Positions 1 through 12,962 of a stretch of 64,000 bases of DNA are shown here, in pieces. The translations under genes were made by a program, and so were the position numbers. Location of the stretch: contig OX597838.1 of NCBI GenBank assembly GCA_951406725.2, forward strand, positions 14,384,001 through 14,448,000, in the 5' to 3' direction. The notes below the pieces were generated by a model. That model saw only the letters and a program-made list of their open reading frames with translations. It did no database searches and was not told the origin of the DNA. Within the stretch, counting starts at the first letter, position 1, and each line of letters opens with the position of its first letter. Source of the stretch: Octopus vulgaris (Eukaryota).

Positions 1-775
1 CCTTCGCCACCTCTGGATGCCAGAAAATATGGCTGACACTTCAGTGACATTTATTAACATGTTAAAGCCACTTAATATTCACAACGAAACTTTTATGAAA
101 ACCATTTCACTTTTAGCTATTGTTTCGGTATTTATTTTCTATTTTTAGTGTCAACTCAACCATTTTCTCTCTCGTTTACTCATTTTCTCATTTTTTCTTT
201 CATTTACGGAACCATACCATCATTCATTTCTGACCATTTCCATCCCTTTCTCTCTCTCTCTCCTCCTCTCTCTCTCCTTCTCTCTCTATCTTTCTCTCTC
301 TGTCTCTCTCTATCCTTCTCTCTCTATCTCTCTCTATCCTTCTCTCTCTATCGCTCTCTGTCCTTCTCTCTCTGTCTCTCTCTATCCTTCTCTCTCTCTC
401 TCTCTATCCTTCTCTGTCTCTCTCTGTCTCTCTCTATTCTTCTCTCTCTCTCTCTCTCCTCCCTTTCTCTCTCTCTCGTACTGTTTCTTTCGTTTACTCC
501 TCGCTGGAAAGAATTTCTTTCCGCTTTCTCTAGGACACACACACACACACACACTCGCATTACACGAATATGCATTTCGCAAACACATTAGGTGCACATT
601 ACGCGCGTGTGCGCACACACTTACACACGTTTACACTAAAACATTAACACAACTGTGCTTACATACACGCACACATACACACACACACAAACACAAAAAG
701 AAGCCAACACATTTCTCATACGCATACATACACAAACAAACGCAATCACAAACACATATTTATTTACACATTTAC

Positions 776-841
<66 letters not shown>

Positions 842-969
842 ACATACGTACACTCATTCAGGGGTTATAAAAACTATAAGCGAGTTACTCTGTTAGACAT
901 GAAATACTCAAACACAATTTTGTTCCTGGTTTCACCGTGGTCTTTGACATTCATATTTAACATACGAAA

Positions 970-1167
970 GGTGGCGAGCCGGCAGAACCGCTAGCACGCC
1001 GGGCAAAATGCTGCTAAGCATTTTGTCCGTTATTACGTTCTAGGCTCAAATTCCGCTAAGATCATCTTTACTTTCATCCTTCGGGGGTCGATAAATTAAG
1101 TACCGGATCTATGTTATCTATTAGCCCTCTCCTCCCAAACCTCAGGCCATGTGCCTTTAGTAGAAAG
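970..1167 (+). mobile_element. SINE family A (tRNA-derived), diverged copy
   Basis: ggtggcgagccggcagaa head, B-box-like ggctcaaattcc, central tttcatccttcggggtcgataaattaagtacc domain shared with >10 copies in the window. Confidence 0.8.
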
Positions 1168-1178
1168 GATTATTATCA

Positions 1179-1255
<77 letters not shown>

Positions 1256-1256
<1 letters not shown>

Positions 1257-1447
1257 TATGTTTGACTTTTGCTTTATATTTGTACAAGTTGGCTCCAAGT
1301 CTCACCCAGAGACCTCAAGAGACAACAGGTTGGAAGTTCACGTTGTTGTTATGCCTAGTGTGCCATATATTTGGGTTTTTTTGGTGTTGTACTAGTGAAT
1401 GTCTAAAAAAAAAGTTTGTTTTAAACCTTGAGATTACATAGAGAGTA

Positions 1448-1449
<2 letters not shown>
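1256..1449 (-). mobile_element. 3' end of an R4/Dong-like non-LTR retrotransposon embedded in (TAA)n
   Basis: Minus strand starts gtactctctatgtaa (VLSM*, like R4-clade ..RKVL.. C-termini), then a 3' UTR with gaggtctctgggtgagacttgg; flanked on both sides by (AAT)n. Confidence 0.5.
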
Positions 1450-1534
<85 letters not shown>

Positions 1535-1589
1535 TACTACACACATATACATACTTGTAAATACACACATATACATACACACACGACTC

Positions 1590-2640
1590 TAGATATAATC
1601 AACTCAACTGGACTTAAGATAGCAAAATACCTTAATACAGAGGACTACACAGAACCTTATCAATCTAAAATACCAAGAATTAACTTGAAGAAGCATAAAT
1701 TTAATTTAAAAAACAAATCTAACAGTAAGACTGATTTGTCCATTTAAATCTGATATTGATAAAATGAGTAAAAAAAAAAAATTTTAGATCGTATTATTCC
1801 TTCTTTAAAATCAATAATTTCTCTTAATCTCTGGATTGATTCTTTAAATGTGATAGACTGGTTTGTAAACCTAAAGGACAGAAAGAATATGAAATTTTTA
1901 CAAATTGACATTATTAAGTATTATTCATCAATTAATCCTATTCTTCTCAACAAAGATCTTATTTTTGCTATGAAAAAATACGATCTTAAAAAAAAGAAAT
2001 TGATATAATTCTATATGCCAGAAAAACTATCATTAAATTTGAAAATAAACTATAAATTAGGAAAAAAATTGAACTGACAATTTTGATATTACTGGGTCTG
2101 GTAACTCTGCAGTTGTCACAGATCATGTAGGATTGTATTTCTTATATAATATTAAAGAGTAATTCCCTTCTATTCAAGGAGGTCTATGTAAAGACGATTC
2201 GCTTTTTTCATTTTATAAATATAGTTATATTGAAACTGAACGTAAAAAAGAAAAAAAATGATTAAATTCTTTAAACATTTCGAGCTTTCGATCACTGTGG
2301 GTTCGAATCATAAAACAACTGATTTCTTAGATATCTGTTTGAATTTAAACTCTGGTTTATATAAACAGTATCACAAAACTAATGAAAATCTTCAATGCAT
2401 ACACAAGAAATCAGATCATCCACGTACAATTATAAATTTAATTATAAATGGCGTTTCACATCATATTTCTAAAATTTCAGCTAACAAAGATATTTTTTCC
2501 CTATCATACTAACTACAATAATTCAGTTCTTTTAATGGCTCGCTATAAAGATAAGATAGCGTGTACTAGATAATACAAACGATAAACAACAGTTAAGTAC
2601 AACAAATAATAAACCACTTAATAAATTCAAAAAATTTTCC
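1590..2640 (+). pseudogene. Penelope-like element reverse transcriptase relic (frameshifts and stops)
   Basis: Translated pieces: LNVIDWF, FLQIDIIKYYSSI, DNFDITGSGNSAVVTDHVGLY, GGLCKDDSLF (YxDD-equivalent), TDFLDICLNL..YKQYHK..IHKKSDHP. Confidence 0.75.
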
Positions 2641-2859
2641 ATTAACACAGAATCGATAGAATAAGTCTCACGCTTACAAAAAGCTTTCGGGTTGATTCGT
2701 TCGAATAACATTCTTCAAGGCTGTGCTCCAGCATGGCCACAGTCTACTGACTGAAACAAGTAAAAAGATTTAAAAAATAGTGATATATAAGTATATAAGT
2801 ATATATGTATATATACGATGTTCTGTGCTGGCGTTCTTTCATCGTTAATGTATAAAAGT

Positions 2860-2896
<37 letters not shown>

Positions 2897-2899
2897 TTT

Positions 2900-2951
<52 letters not shown>

Positions 2952-3240
2952 GTGTGCGCGTGCTTGTGTTTGAAATTATAAGTCATGGTTTCATGTCTGA
3001 AATTTTGCCAAGGTGTAAATCATTTCCAGCAGGAGGTCAAAGGTTACGCTTCTTTTTCTTTTTGTTTCTATAAACCTGACCAAAGCCTGTTGCTACTGCT
3101 AATCCAATACAAATATCAAATGGTTTCATTTTATCTCTTTGCTTCCAACGAGGAGACTTCCATGATTATTATTTTTTTTTATTTTTAATTTTCTCACCAA
3201 CCGCCAATAACAAAGTTCAACTGACAGAACATGTTATGTA

Positions 3241-4273
3241 TTTGGGTAAATCAAAAGCTTTTTCGTATTTCGAGTTTTAATTAATTGCTCAAACAATTTA
3301 CATACGAAATGCGTTTAATCATCAAAATATATCCCATCATATTCTACTGTCTGTTGCCATCCTTGTGCCAGTAACTCAGTCCCGTGCTGATATTATTTGG
3401 TTGATTTAGAGGCCAAAAAACTCCCTGCGCCCGTTTTCAAATCATTTTATACTCGCTGCAGTTGTTGAGCATAAAGGTTAGCGTACGCAGCATGACCATC
3501 TGGGACAACTCAAAGTGCAACATCCACTCGAAATTCCACCAAACTGACAACATGACCGCTTCAAACCTCACCTTGTTTGACAACAAGTTCTGATTCCTAG
3601 TCTGACGGAAGCCATTGATTTCTCTTACTAGGATTAGGAAAATAGCTCCATTTTTCATTTCCAGTTGCCAAAAACGAACATCATGAGGATTTTCCAGCAG
3701 CAATTTGCCAATGTTCACATCTCCTTGAACCTGACCATGGGTCACTTCATGAGGAACTGCTCACAGCATCGATTCACAAGACTGAGCTTATGGAAGTGTC
3801 GACTGATGGTGTTTCGTAAAGGACCAAGTTCTACCGACAATGTATAAGTGCTTCTCCTTGGTTGTTGTTCAGCCATTTCAAGCAAGACCTCATCTTCCAC
3901 AACGAGGGCCTTCTTAATCTTGGTTTGCCTTGAAATGGCTGAACTAACTTTGTGCCATACGGTCATTGGCAGTTCCTGAGCCTTCCTCATCATTAATTTC
4001 TTTTGCTGCTGACTCTTGCACTCAGTAATTTTTTTGAACAGGTAAAACAGCGTAAAATGGCCCTAATTGCAATTTTTCACTACTCATTATCAAAACTTTA
4101 AAATAAAAATAAACAATAAATAATTAACGTTTCTATGCTATATATGAGGAGGAAGAGTAAACAATTTAGCAACGATTGGACAAGTATCAACCTAATGATA
4201 CAACATAGAGGTACATGTTGCCAAAAATTATCAGTGAAAATCCGAAAATCCGAAAAAACTGTTGACTTAGCCT
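3241..4273 (-). mobile_element. Decayed mariner transposon with imperfect TIRs
   Basis: Minus-strand pieces VMLSVWWNFEWMLHFEL, KKALVVED..TISRHFHKL; left end TA+tttgggtaaatcaaaagctttttcgtatt is an imperfect inverted match to aatccgaaaaaactgttgacttagcc at the right end. Confidence 0.8.
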
Positions 4274-4284
4274 GGTGGTTGTAG

Positions 4285-4693
<409 letters not shown>

Positions 4694-4939
4694 GCTATGC
4701 TTCTGTTGTTTAGCCCCAAGCTAGCTTTGATTGAGTAAACCTCTGATCAAAGACGGTCGACTCATGATCTCCTGATCAAGGATATTGCATGTATGACCAC
4801 CACATGTTTTTTTTTGACGTATCACTTCTGTTTTTAAAGGCAGTAGAAAATAATTTGAGGAAGAATTAGGTGCTTCTAATTTTAGCAAGCTGAACGACCT
4901 CCTAGAAGCTCCCTTATTGACATGGAATTTTTCTTTTTT

Positions 4940-5240
4940 AATGGTTTGGATTTGGAAGAAGATGCTGTATCCATGGCGGCCTTCGCAGATCCTGATGGAG
5001 CGACGAAATTGATGTCATTAATGGCTTTACGTTAACTTACAAGTCGAAGAACTACCGGAAGAACAAGTAGAGTGGTGGACAGGAATTTCAAAGGACGGCG
5101 TACTGAGTGACAGAGCAGTAATTGGCTGGGGCAGAATGGTTGTTTCCCTTGAGAATATGACTCACTGTAGCATGATTCCAAAGATCAAAGACCGGGATAT
5201 ATCTCTGGAGAAAAATAAGAGTAGTGAAGGTTACAGAGAG
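4940..5240 (-). pseudogene. LINE (CR1/L2/Jockey-like) ORF2 RT N-terminal relic
   Basis: Minus strand reads WNHATVSHILKGNNHSAPANYCSVT, matching the WKxAxVxPIxKKG..PxNYRPISL motif. Confidence 0.6.
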
Positions 5241-5307
5241 TGAAATTGTTTTGTATATCAATAATCAATACATACATACATATATATTATATACACACAT
5301 ATGTATA

Positions 5308-5391
<84 letters not shown>

Positions 5392-5451
5392 TAATAGTTA
5401 TCGCCAAGCTACCATAGTCTCCTTTAGAGAGAATTAGAAATAAAGATATTT

Positions 5452-5486
<35 letters not shown>

Positions 5487-5558
5487 GTGTGTGTGTGCAT
5501 ATATATATATGTATATATATGCTTATCTATTTATTTATCTATCTATCTATCCATCTAC

Positions 5559-5625
<67 letters not shown>

Positions 5626-5665
5626 CCTAGCTTGCTAGTTACCTACCTCTCTCTCCACTTCTGTA

Positions 5666-5732
<67 letters not shown>

Positions 5733-6590
5733 CAAATCCGAAATCCCGTGATCCGGTAGTTCCGGTGGTGGTACCAGACGATTATCTCTCGCTCGCGATA
5801 CAAACACGAGTGCGTATGTGCACCACATGTCCATATGAGAGGCTCTCTCACGGTAAATAACGAAATATTTTGTTCTAACACAGCATCCACTTTTGAGTGG
5901 GGATCAATACCTTTTGGTATTAATACTGTTTCCGTTGTTAAAAGGGATTTTTTATATGGTTTTCATGGTTGCTTCATGGCATTCATTTTTAGTGTAGGAC
6001 ATCTTTTGATTCACTTTGATTTGATTTTTTGATTTGATTTTTCCAGTTTCAGCTCATGAGCTGTGGCCATGCTGGGGCACCGCCATTTACTTATTTATTT
6101 ATTTATTTATTTTTTATTTTCTGATTCATTGTAAGTCACCTTATTGTTTATATTGCTTATATCGTTTATCTCTTATCTATTACTCGTTCCAGTTACTAGA
6201 CTGCGTTATTTGTTTCGAGAGGACCTCTCATATGGATACATAATGCAGAAAAGCACTCCGTGTTTATGCCATTGCCCGACCAGAATGTCTGCCACGGCCG
6301 CCGGGACGACCAGACCAGATCACGGGATTTAGACATGTTCGGGTCTCATCAGTGTCAAGCGTCCAGTAGCGGCATAACAGCCAGGTCTCACTGTTAACGA
6401 TATATAGAATTTCCTATGCTTTTTCGGGGCGTTACACCTGTACAGGGCGTCTACTACTGAGGAAATCAGGCAGGTCGAAATTAGGCGATTAGCAGGTTCC
6501 GGCGGCTGTAGGAGACGAAACACGTCTGCCAACAATATATATATATATATGTATGTATGTATTCAGGTAAATAACGTAGTATCTTAAGTT

Positions 6591-6635
<45 letters not shown>

Positions 6636-7352
6636 GAGAGAGACAGAGAGAGGGAGAGAGAAATATAATATATGTATATATATTTTTTATGGGTATATGT
6701 TTTTATCTTCGTATTTTTTTAATACTTCCAACTGTAACTGTCAAAATATCACCTCCCTATACGCCATATTTTTTTGCATGGAAACGAAACTCCCCACCCT
6801 CTCTCTCTCTATCCCTCTGTTTCTATTTTCCTTTTCTTCTCTCTCGTCCTCTCCCGTTTCCCCTTTTCTTCTTTCACGTGATCTTCTTCACTTTTTTTGA
6901 CATACTGTTTCTTTCTTTGTAACTATTTTTTGCACCACCTGGCGACCCAAAATGTAGCTACTTGTCAACATTTCAACATGCACTACTTTTCACGTATGCA
7001 CTCATCTGCTGCTTTCCTTTTTTTTTTATGATATTTTTTTGCGGTTTTCTTTCTCTCCTTCCTTAAAGCCAACCCGACTCGGTGAAAAATCAAGCAATAT
7101 TTAATTTTCATTAGTAGTTTAAACACTCGGCTGAACACAAATGATATGTTTAAAGATGATCAATGGAATTGACAAAACAACTTCTGTGTTTAATTTTGAC
7201 ATTATTATATTCACGTTTTCCATCTCTTGCCTCTTTCACCCTTTCAATCTCGCCGTCTGTGTGTCTTTTCATTCAGTTTATTCATCATTGTATTCGTTTA
7301 TATTCATTTAGTGCTGGAAGAAAGAAAGAAAAAAAAAACAGAACAAAACAAA

Positions 7353-7402
<50 letters not shown>

Positions 7403-7406
<4 letters not shown>

Positions 7407-7465
7407 TGTTTCTTTATTAGCCACACAGGGCTGCACACAGATAGAACAAATTACAAGGTAGAGCT
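7403..7465 (-). mobile_element. Extreme 3' end of a Tx1-like LINE abutting (GATA)n
   Basis: Reverse complement ctctaccttgtaatttg..tctgtgtgcagccctgtgtggctaataaagaaa resembles the LINE 3' end at 61555-61617 and also runs into (TATC)n. Confidence 0.55.
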
Positions 7466-8219
7466 GCAATGTGTAAAGCAAAACAGGAAAAAAATTTCAA
7501 AAATAGAAAGAAGTAAAATGGAAAGAAAATGAAAAAAAATACAAACAAAATGGTGGGAAACTGATGTTGAACGAACGTTTCGTACAGTTAGTTATTCAAG
7601 TTTGGGATTAATATGAGGTTTAGTTAAGATTAGTTAGTTAGCCCTTATATGGAGGAAATGTAATCCGGAATAGTGTTCCTTCATATTTTAAGAGTCTTAC
7701 GAGGTATCTTTATCTGGTCGAAGTCTGGACTTTTCCTTTAAAATTTTTCAAATTTTTACTCTCGCCATCACCCGCCATATTAGATGATGGTGGCGATAAT
7801 GATAGTGATTGTAGGTTGTAGGGGTGGGAGTGACGATAGTGTGTCAATATGGGGAAGATGATGGTGGTGGGAGAGGTGGTTGATGCGTGAATAGAGGGAA
7901 GGTGGGCATTTATTCATTTTTCATGAATGCGAAAACCAGATTTGTAGCAGGAAAAGAGAAAAGAATGGAAAGAAAAGAGGAACAGAAACAAAGCAAACGT
8001 AGAGCAGAATCTTAGAAATTATTGTTGATTATCGTCTGCCAAATGGAAAATTATTGAAAATGAAAAATGGGAGGAATAGAAAGGAAATAAAATGGAGGAA
8101 GATTGATGGTGGTGATGAGGATGGAGACAAAATCATGTGGAAAAATAGAAGGGGGGGGAGCGATGATGATGTATTGAAGAAACGAAGCTAGATAGATTGA
8201 TGAGTAGATAATTGAAATT

Positions 8220-8670
<451 letters not shown>

Positions 8671-8906
8671 TACTAGGTTGATATATGGATTGGTGGTGAT
8701 GATGATGATGATGGAAACTATAGATACTTAAACAGGTAGATAGGGATAAAGATATAAATATATTATATGTGTGTGGGTATACACACACACATATATATAT
8801 ATATAGAGAGAGAGAGAAAGCGAGAGAAAGAGAAGGAGAGAGAGATATGTAGATAGAGAGATATAGATACAGATATATAGACAGATATAGATAGATACAT
8901 AGATAG

Positions 8907-8942
<36 letters not shown>

Positions 8943-8975
8943 CAGACAGATAGACAGACAGACAGACAGACAGAT

Positions 8976-9047
<72 letters not shown>

Positions 9048-9117
9048 GTAGGCAGGCAGGTAGGTTACTAGATTGGTAAATGAGAGGAATAGTCAGAGAT
9101 AGATACTTAGACAGGTG

Positions 9118-9152
<35 letters not shown>

Positions 9153-9484
9153 TGATTGGGTAGTAGTGGGTAGGGAGGAAGAAACTGGGGGGAAGAGAGG
9201 GGGAGAAAACGAAGATGAAATATGACGTGTTAAGTAAACACACACGCACACACATACAAACAAAGGAAGAAGCAAGAAAAGAAAAAAGTGATGAATAAGG
9301 TGGTAGATGGAAGTAAAAATGGAGGAAGAAAGAGCGTGAGTAGGAGAGGGGGAAGTGTAGAGGAGGAGAGAGGTGAGAGAGAGGAGTATATTGAATGAGT
9401 GCAAGGAAAAAAAGGGAGATAAAGGGTGCTACTCTGTTACATCAGCATTCATTATGTTATGAGAGTTCCTGATTTGATGGGGAG

Positions 9485-9515
<31 letters not shown>

Positions 9516-9597
9516 GGTGGTGGTGGTGATGATTATGATGATAAGGGAAACTCAGTCTGTGCGCGCACGCGCGTGTTTCTGCATGTATTTATGCATG

Positions 9598-9772
9598 ACA
9601 ACCGATGCTGGTGTGTTTATGTCCCCGTTACTTAGCGGTCGGCAAAAAGAGACCGATAGAATAAGTACTGGGCTTACAAAAGAATAAGTCCCGGGGTCGA
9701 GTTGCTCGATTAAAGGCGGTGCTCCAGCATGGCCGCAGTCAAATGACTGAAACAAGTAAATGAGTAAATGAG
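9598..9772 (+). mobile_element. SINE family B, 3' half
   Basis: acaaccgatgctggtgtg..ggcggtgctccagcatggccgcagtcaaatgactgaaacaagtaaa, near-identical to the full copies at 33301 and 63210. Confidence 0.9.
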
Positions 9773-9880
9773 TATATATAGAAGTGCATGTGTATGTGTG
9801 TATATATATATATATATATACATCACATACATACATACATACATATATATATATATAAATGTATATATGTCAATCGTAGG

Positions 9881-9945
<65 letters not shown>

Positions 9946-10057
9946 TTGGTGTAATTGATAATTATTTCTTCAAATTTACGGGAAACAAAAGACGAAGACA
10001 GGGGAAGGAACAACAAGCAGATGTATTAGATTAACGCTTGGGAAGAATGGGAAAGTG

Positions 10058-10091
10058 TCTGACGTTTCGAGCCTACGCTCTTCACCAGAAA
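10058..10091 (-). ncRNA. Minimal variant type I hammerhead-like motif
   Basis: Minus strand: ttt-CTGGTGA-A-GAGC(gtag)GCTC-GAAAC-GTC-aga; A6 is replaced by G. Confidence 0.45.
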
Positions 10092-10308
10092 GGATTGAGA
10101 ACTAAGAAAACGGAGAGGGAACGAAAAGAAAGAAAAAAAAACGGCGAGAAATAGGTGTTGGGATTAACGGTTGAAGATGATGAAATCGTCGGAAGAAAGC
10201 GGCTGAGTTAAAAGGAGGTAATAACGGTGACGTGATGTGTGTGTGTGTGTGCTTATATATATATTTATATATATATAAAATCAAAATAAGCAACAGGATA
10301 TCCAGAGG

Positions 10309-10400
10309 TTATGCAGTACGATCGTTTCAAGTGACTCCATTTAATTGAACAATGCAACCATTACATCAATTTAAATGCAGAGCAATCCTCAGCTGCATAA
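10309..10400 (-). ncRNA. Type I hammerhead ribozyme motif (PLE-type)
   Basis: Minus strand: TTATGCAG-CTGAGGA-long stem II-GAA-ACGATCGT-A-CTGCATAA; perfect 8-bp stem I, intact core, palindromic stem III. Confidence 0.75.
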
Positions 10401-10584
10401 ATACATGGAATTAAATTAAATTAAAACAGATGGACATATTAGTATAATTTTACCTAAAACCTCCAAGAAGGTAAGGAGATAGACAAAGATCACGCTGTCT
10501 TCACTTCAGCTTCTATATGGTGCCCCAGTATGGCCGCAGCCTCAAGGCTAAAAGATATAGCAATAAAAGAATATATATATATAT

Positions 10585-10935
10585 AATAACAATTTAATAA
10601 ATAACACATATGCATACATACATATATGTACATACCTACATCTATATGTATATATACATGCATATATGGGTACAGGACACCACAAATAAACGTAGAACAC
10701 AACGAGAAACGAAAACATAAAAACAAAACAAGGAAACGGACTCTTTTTAACAACGAAAAAAACAGAGTACAAGACAAACAACACAAAGAACATTCCCCTT
10801 CTTTAGCTGCCCCTGTTTCGACTCATTGCGTGTTTGGAAGGTAAGGGCAGAACACAACTACGTTGAAACAGTCCTTCCCGCAAAGCGAATTAAATAAAAA
10901 AAATTTGCGGGGGGGGGATTTTTGGCGGTGGCGGG
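10585..10935 (-). mobile_element. Non-coding repeat carrying a jumbled-HHR motif, copy Z
   Basis: Homologous to 12960-13600 and 15262-15800; ends in (TA)n. Confidence 0.8.
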
Positions 10936-10944
10936 GACTAGTCG

Positions 10945-11098
10945 ATATCGTCGACTCCAGTTTTTCACTGGTACACATTTTGTCGAACCCGAAAATATAA
11001 AAGGCAAAGTTGACCTCGACGGCATTTGAACCCAGAACGTAAAGACAAACGAAATGCTGCTAAGCATCTTGCAAGCTCGCCACCTTAATAATAATAAC

Positions 11099-11140
<42 letters not shown>

Positions 11141-11353
11141 CCTTTCTACCAAAGAAGAAAGGCTTGAAATTTTGGGGGAAGGGACTAGGCGATTTCATCG
11201 ACTCCAGTGCTGGACTGGTACTTATTTCATCGATCTCGAAAGAACGAAAGGCAAGGTCGACCTCGGCAGAATTTGAACTCGGAACGTAGCGGCAGACGAA
11301 ATACCGCTAAGCATTCTGTCCGGCATACCAACGATTCTACCAGCTCGCCGCCT
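10945..11353 (-). mobile_element. Two SINE family A copies separated by (AAT)n
   Basis: aaaggcaaagttgacctcgacggcatttgaacc and aaaggcaaggtcgacctcggcagaatttgaactc..cagctcgccgcc. Confidence 0.85.
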
Positions 11354-11394
11354 TAACGATAATGACGCTGCTGCTACTGATAATGATGATGATA

Positions 11395-11730
11395 AGGAGG
11401 AGGAGGAGAAGGAGGAGGAGGGAGAGGAGGGAGAGGGGGAGATGAGGATTAAAAAGAAGAAGGAGAAGGAGAAGAAGGAGAAGGAGAAGAAGAAGAAGAA
11501 GAAGAAGCAGGAGGATAGGAGAAGGAGAAGAAAAAGAAGAAGAAGATGAAGAAGAAGAAGATGAAGAAGAAGAAGAGGAAGAAGAAGAATCAGAAGAAGA
11601 AGGAGGAGGAGGAGAAGGAGAAGAAGAAGAAGAAGAAGAAGAAGAAGAAGAAGAAGAAGAAGAAGAAGAAGAAGAAGAGAGGAGGAGGAGAGAAGAAGAA
11701 GAAGAAGAAGAAGAAGGAGGAGAAGGAGAA

Positions 11731-11762
<32 letters not shown>

Positions 11763-11833
11763 AGAAGAAGAAAAAGGAAGAAGAAGAAGAAGAAGAAGAA
11801 GAAGAAGAAGAAGAAGAAGAAGAAGAAGAAGAA
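11395..11833. repeat. (GAG)n/(AAG)n polypurine tract
   Basis: Direct inspection. Confidence 0.95.
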
Positions 11834-12179
11834 ATGCTAAACAACGAAGCGTCAGACTGATTCACTGTATATAAACAAACGAAGCGAAGCGCAATGAAGG
11901 CAAAAAAAAGAGAGATATAAAATGACCGAAAACTGCGTAAGTAATAAACCTGATTTACTTCGAAGTGTATTGATCTTTATCTCATACAATTAATGTATTA
12001 CAAACTACCGTACTGGCTGACCTTTGGATATCACGTGTAAACAAATACACCTCACACTGATCCACATACTACAAATTCCAAGCAATATAAATGAAAACTG
12101 TATCATCAGTCCATAGTTAAAATGGCGGTAAGGAAAACTGGAACGTGCAGAATTCGGCGGCATCACGTGACACAAATAT

Positions 12180-12587
12180 GGCGGCGAGCTGGCAGAAACG
12201 TTAGCAACGCCGGGCAAAATGCGTAGCCGTATTTCGTCTGTCGTTACGTTCCGAGTTCAAATTCCGCCGAGGTCGACTTTGCCTTTCATCCTCTCGGGGT
12301 CGATAAATTAAATACCAGATACGCACTGGGGTCGATATAATCGACTTAATCCCTTTGTTTGTCCTTGTTTGTCCCCTCTGTGTTTAGCCCCTTGTGGGTA
12401 ATAAAGAAATAGGTATTTCGTCAGCCGCTACGTTCTGAGTTCAAATTCCGCCGAGGTTGACTTTGCCTTTCATCCTCTCGGGGGTCGATAAATTAAGTAC
12501 CAGATACGCACTGGGGGTCGATATAATTGACTTAATCCCTTTGTTTGTCCCCTCTGTGTTTAGCCCCTTTGTGGATAATAAAGAAAT
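12180..12587 (+). mobile_element. SINE family A dimer with 11-bp TSD
   Basis: Head plus two body units; aaatatggcgg at 12174-12184 and 12588-12598. Confidence 0.9.
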
Positions 12588-12661
12588 AAATATGGCGGTA
12601 GCCGAGGAAAATACGAGAAGCTAAAATACGGGGCCGGGCTTTACTTGTCGTTCTCTTTCTC

Positions 12662-12891
12662 TTTCCCTTTTACTTGTTTCAGTCATGTGACTGTGGCCAT
12701 GTGACTGTGGCCATGCTGGAGCACCACCTTTAGTCGAGCAAATCGACCCCAGGACTTATTCTCTGTAAGCCCAGTACTTATTCTATCGGTCTCTTTTACC
12801 AAACCGCTAAGTTACGGGGACGTAAACACACCAGCATCGGTTGTCAAGAGATGTTGAGGGAACAAATACAGATACACAAACATATGCAGAC

Positions 12892-12900
<9 letters not shown>
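12662..12900 (-). mobile_element. SINE family B, 3' half
   Basis: Reverse complement of the family B tail and body; the middle part of the same family is at 13612-13675. Confidence 0.85.
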
Positions 12901-12959
<59 letters not shown>

Positions 12960-12962
<3 letters not shown>

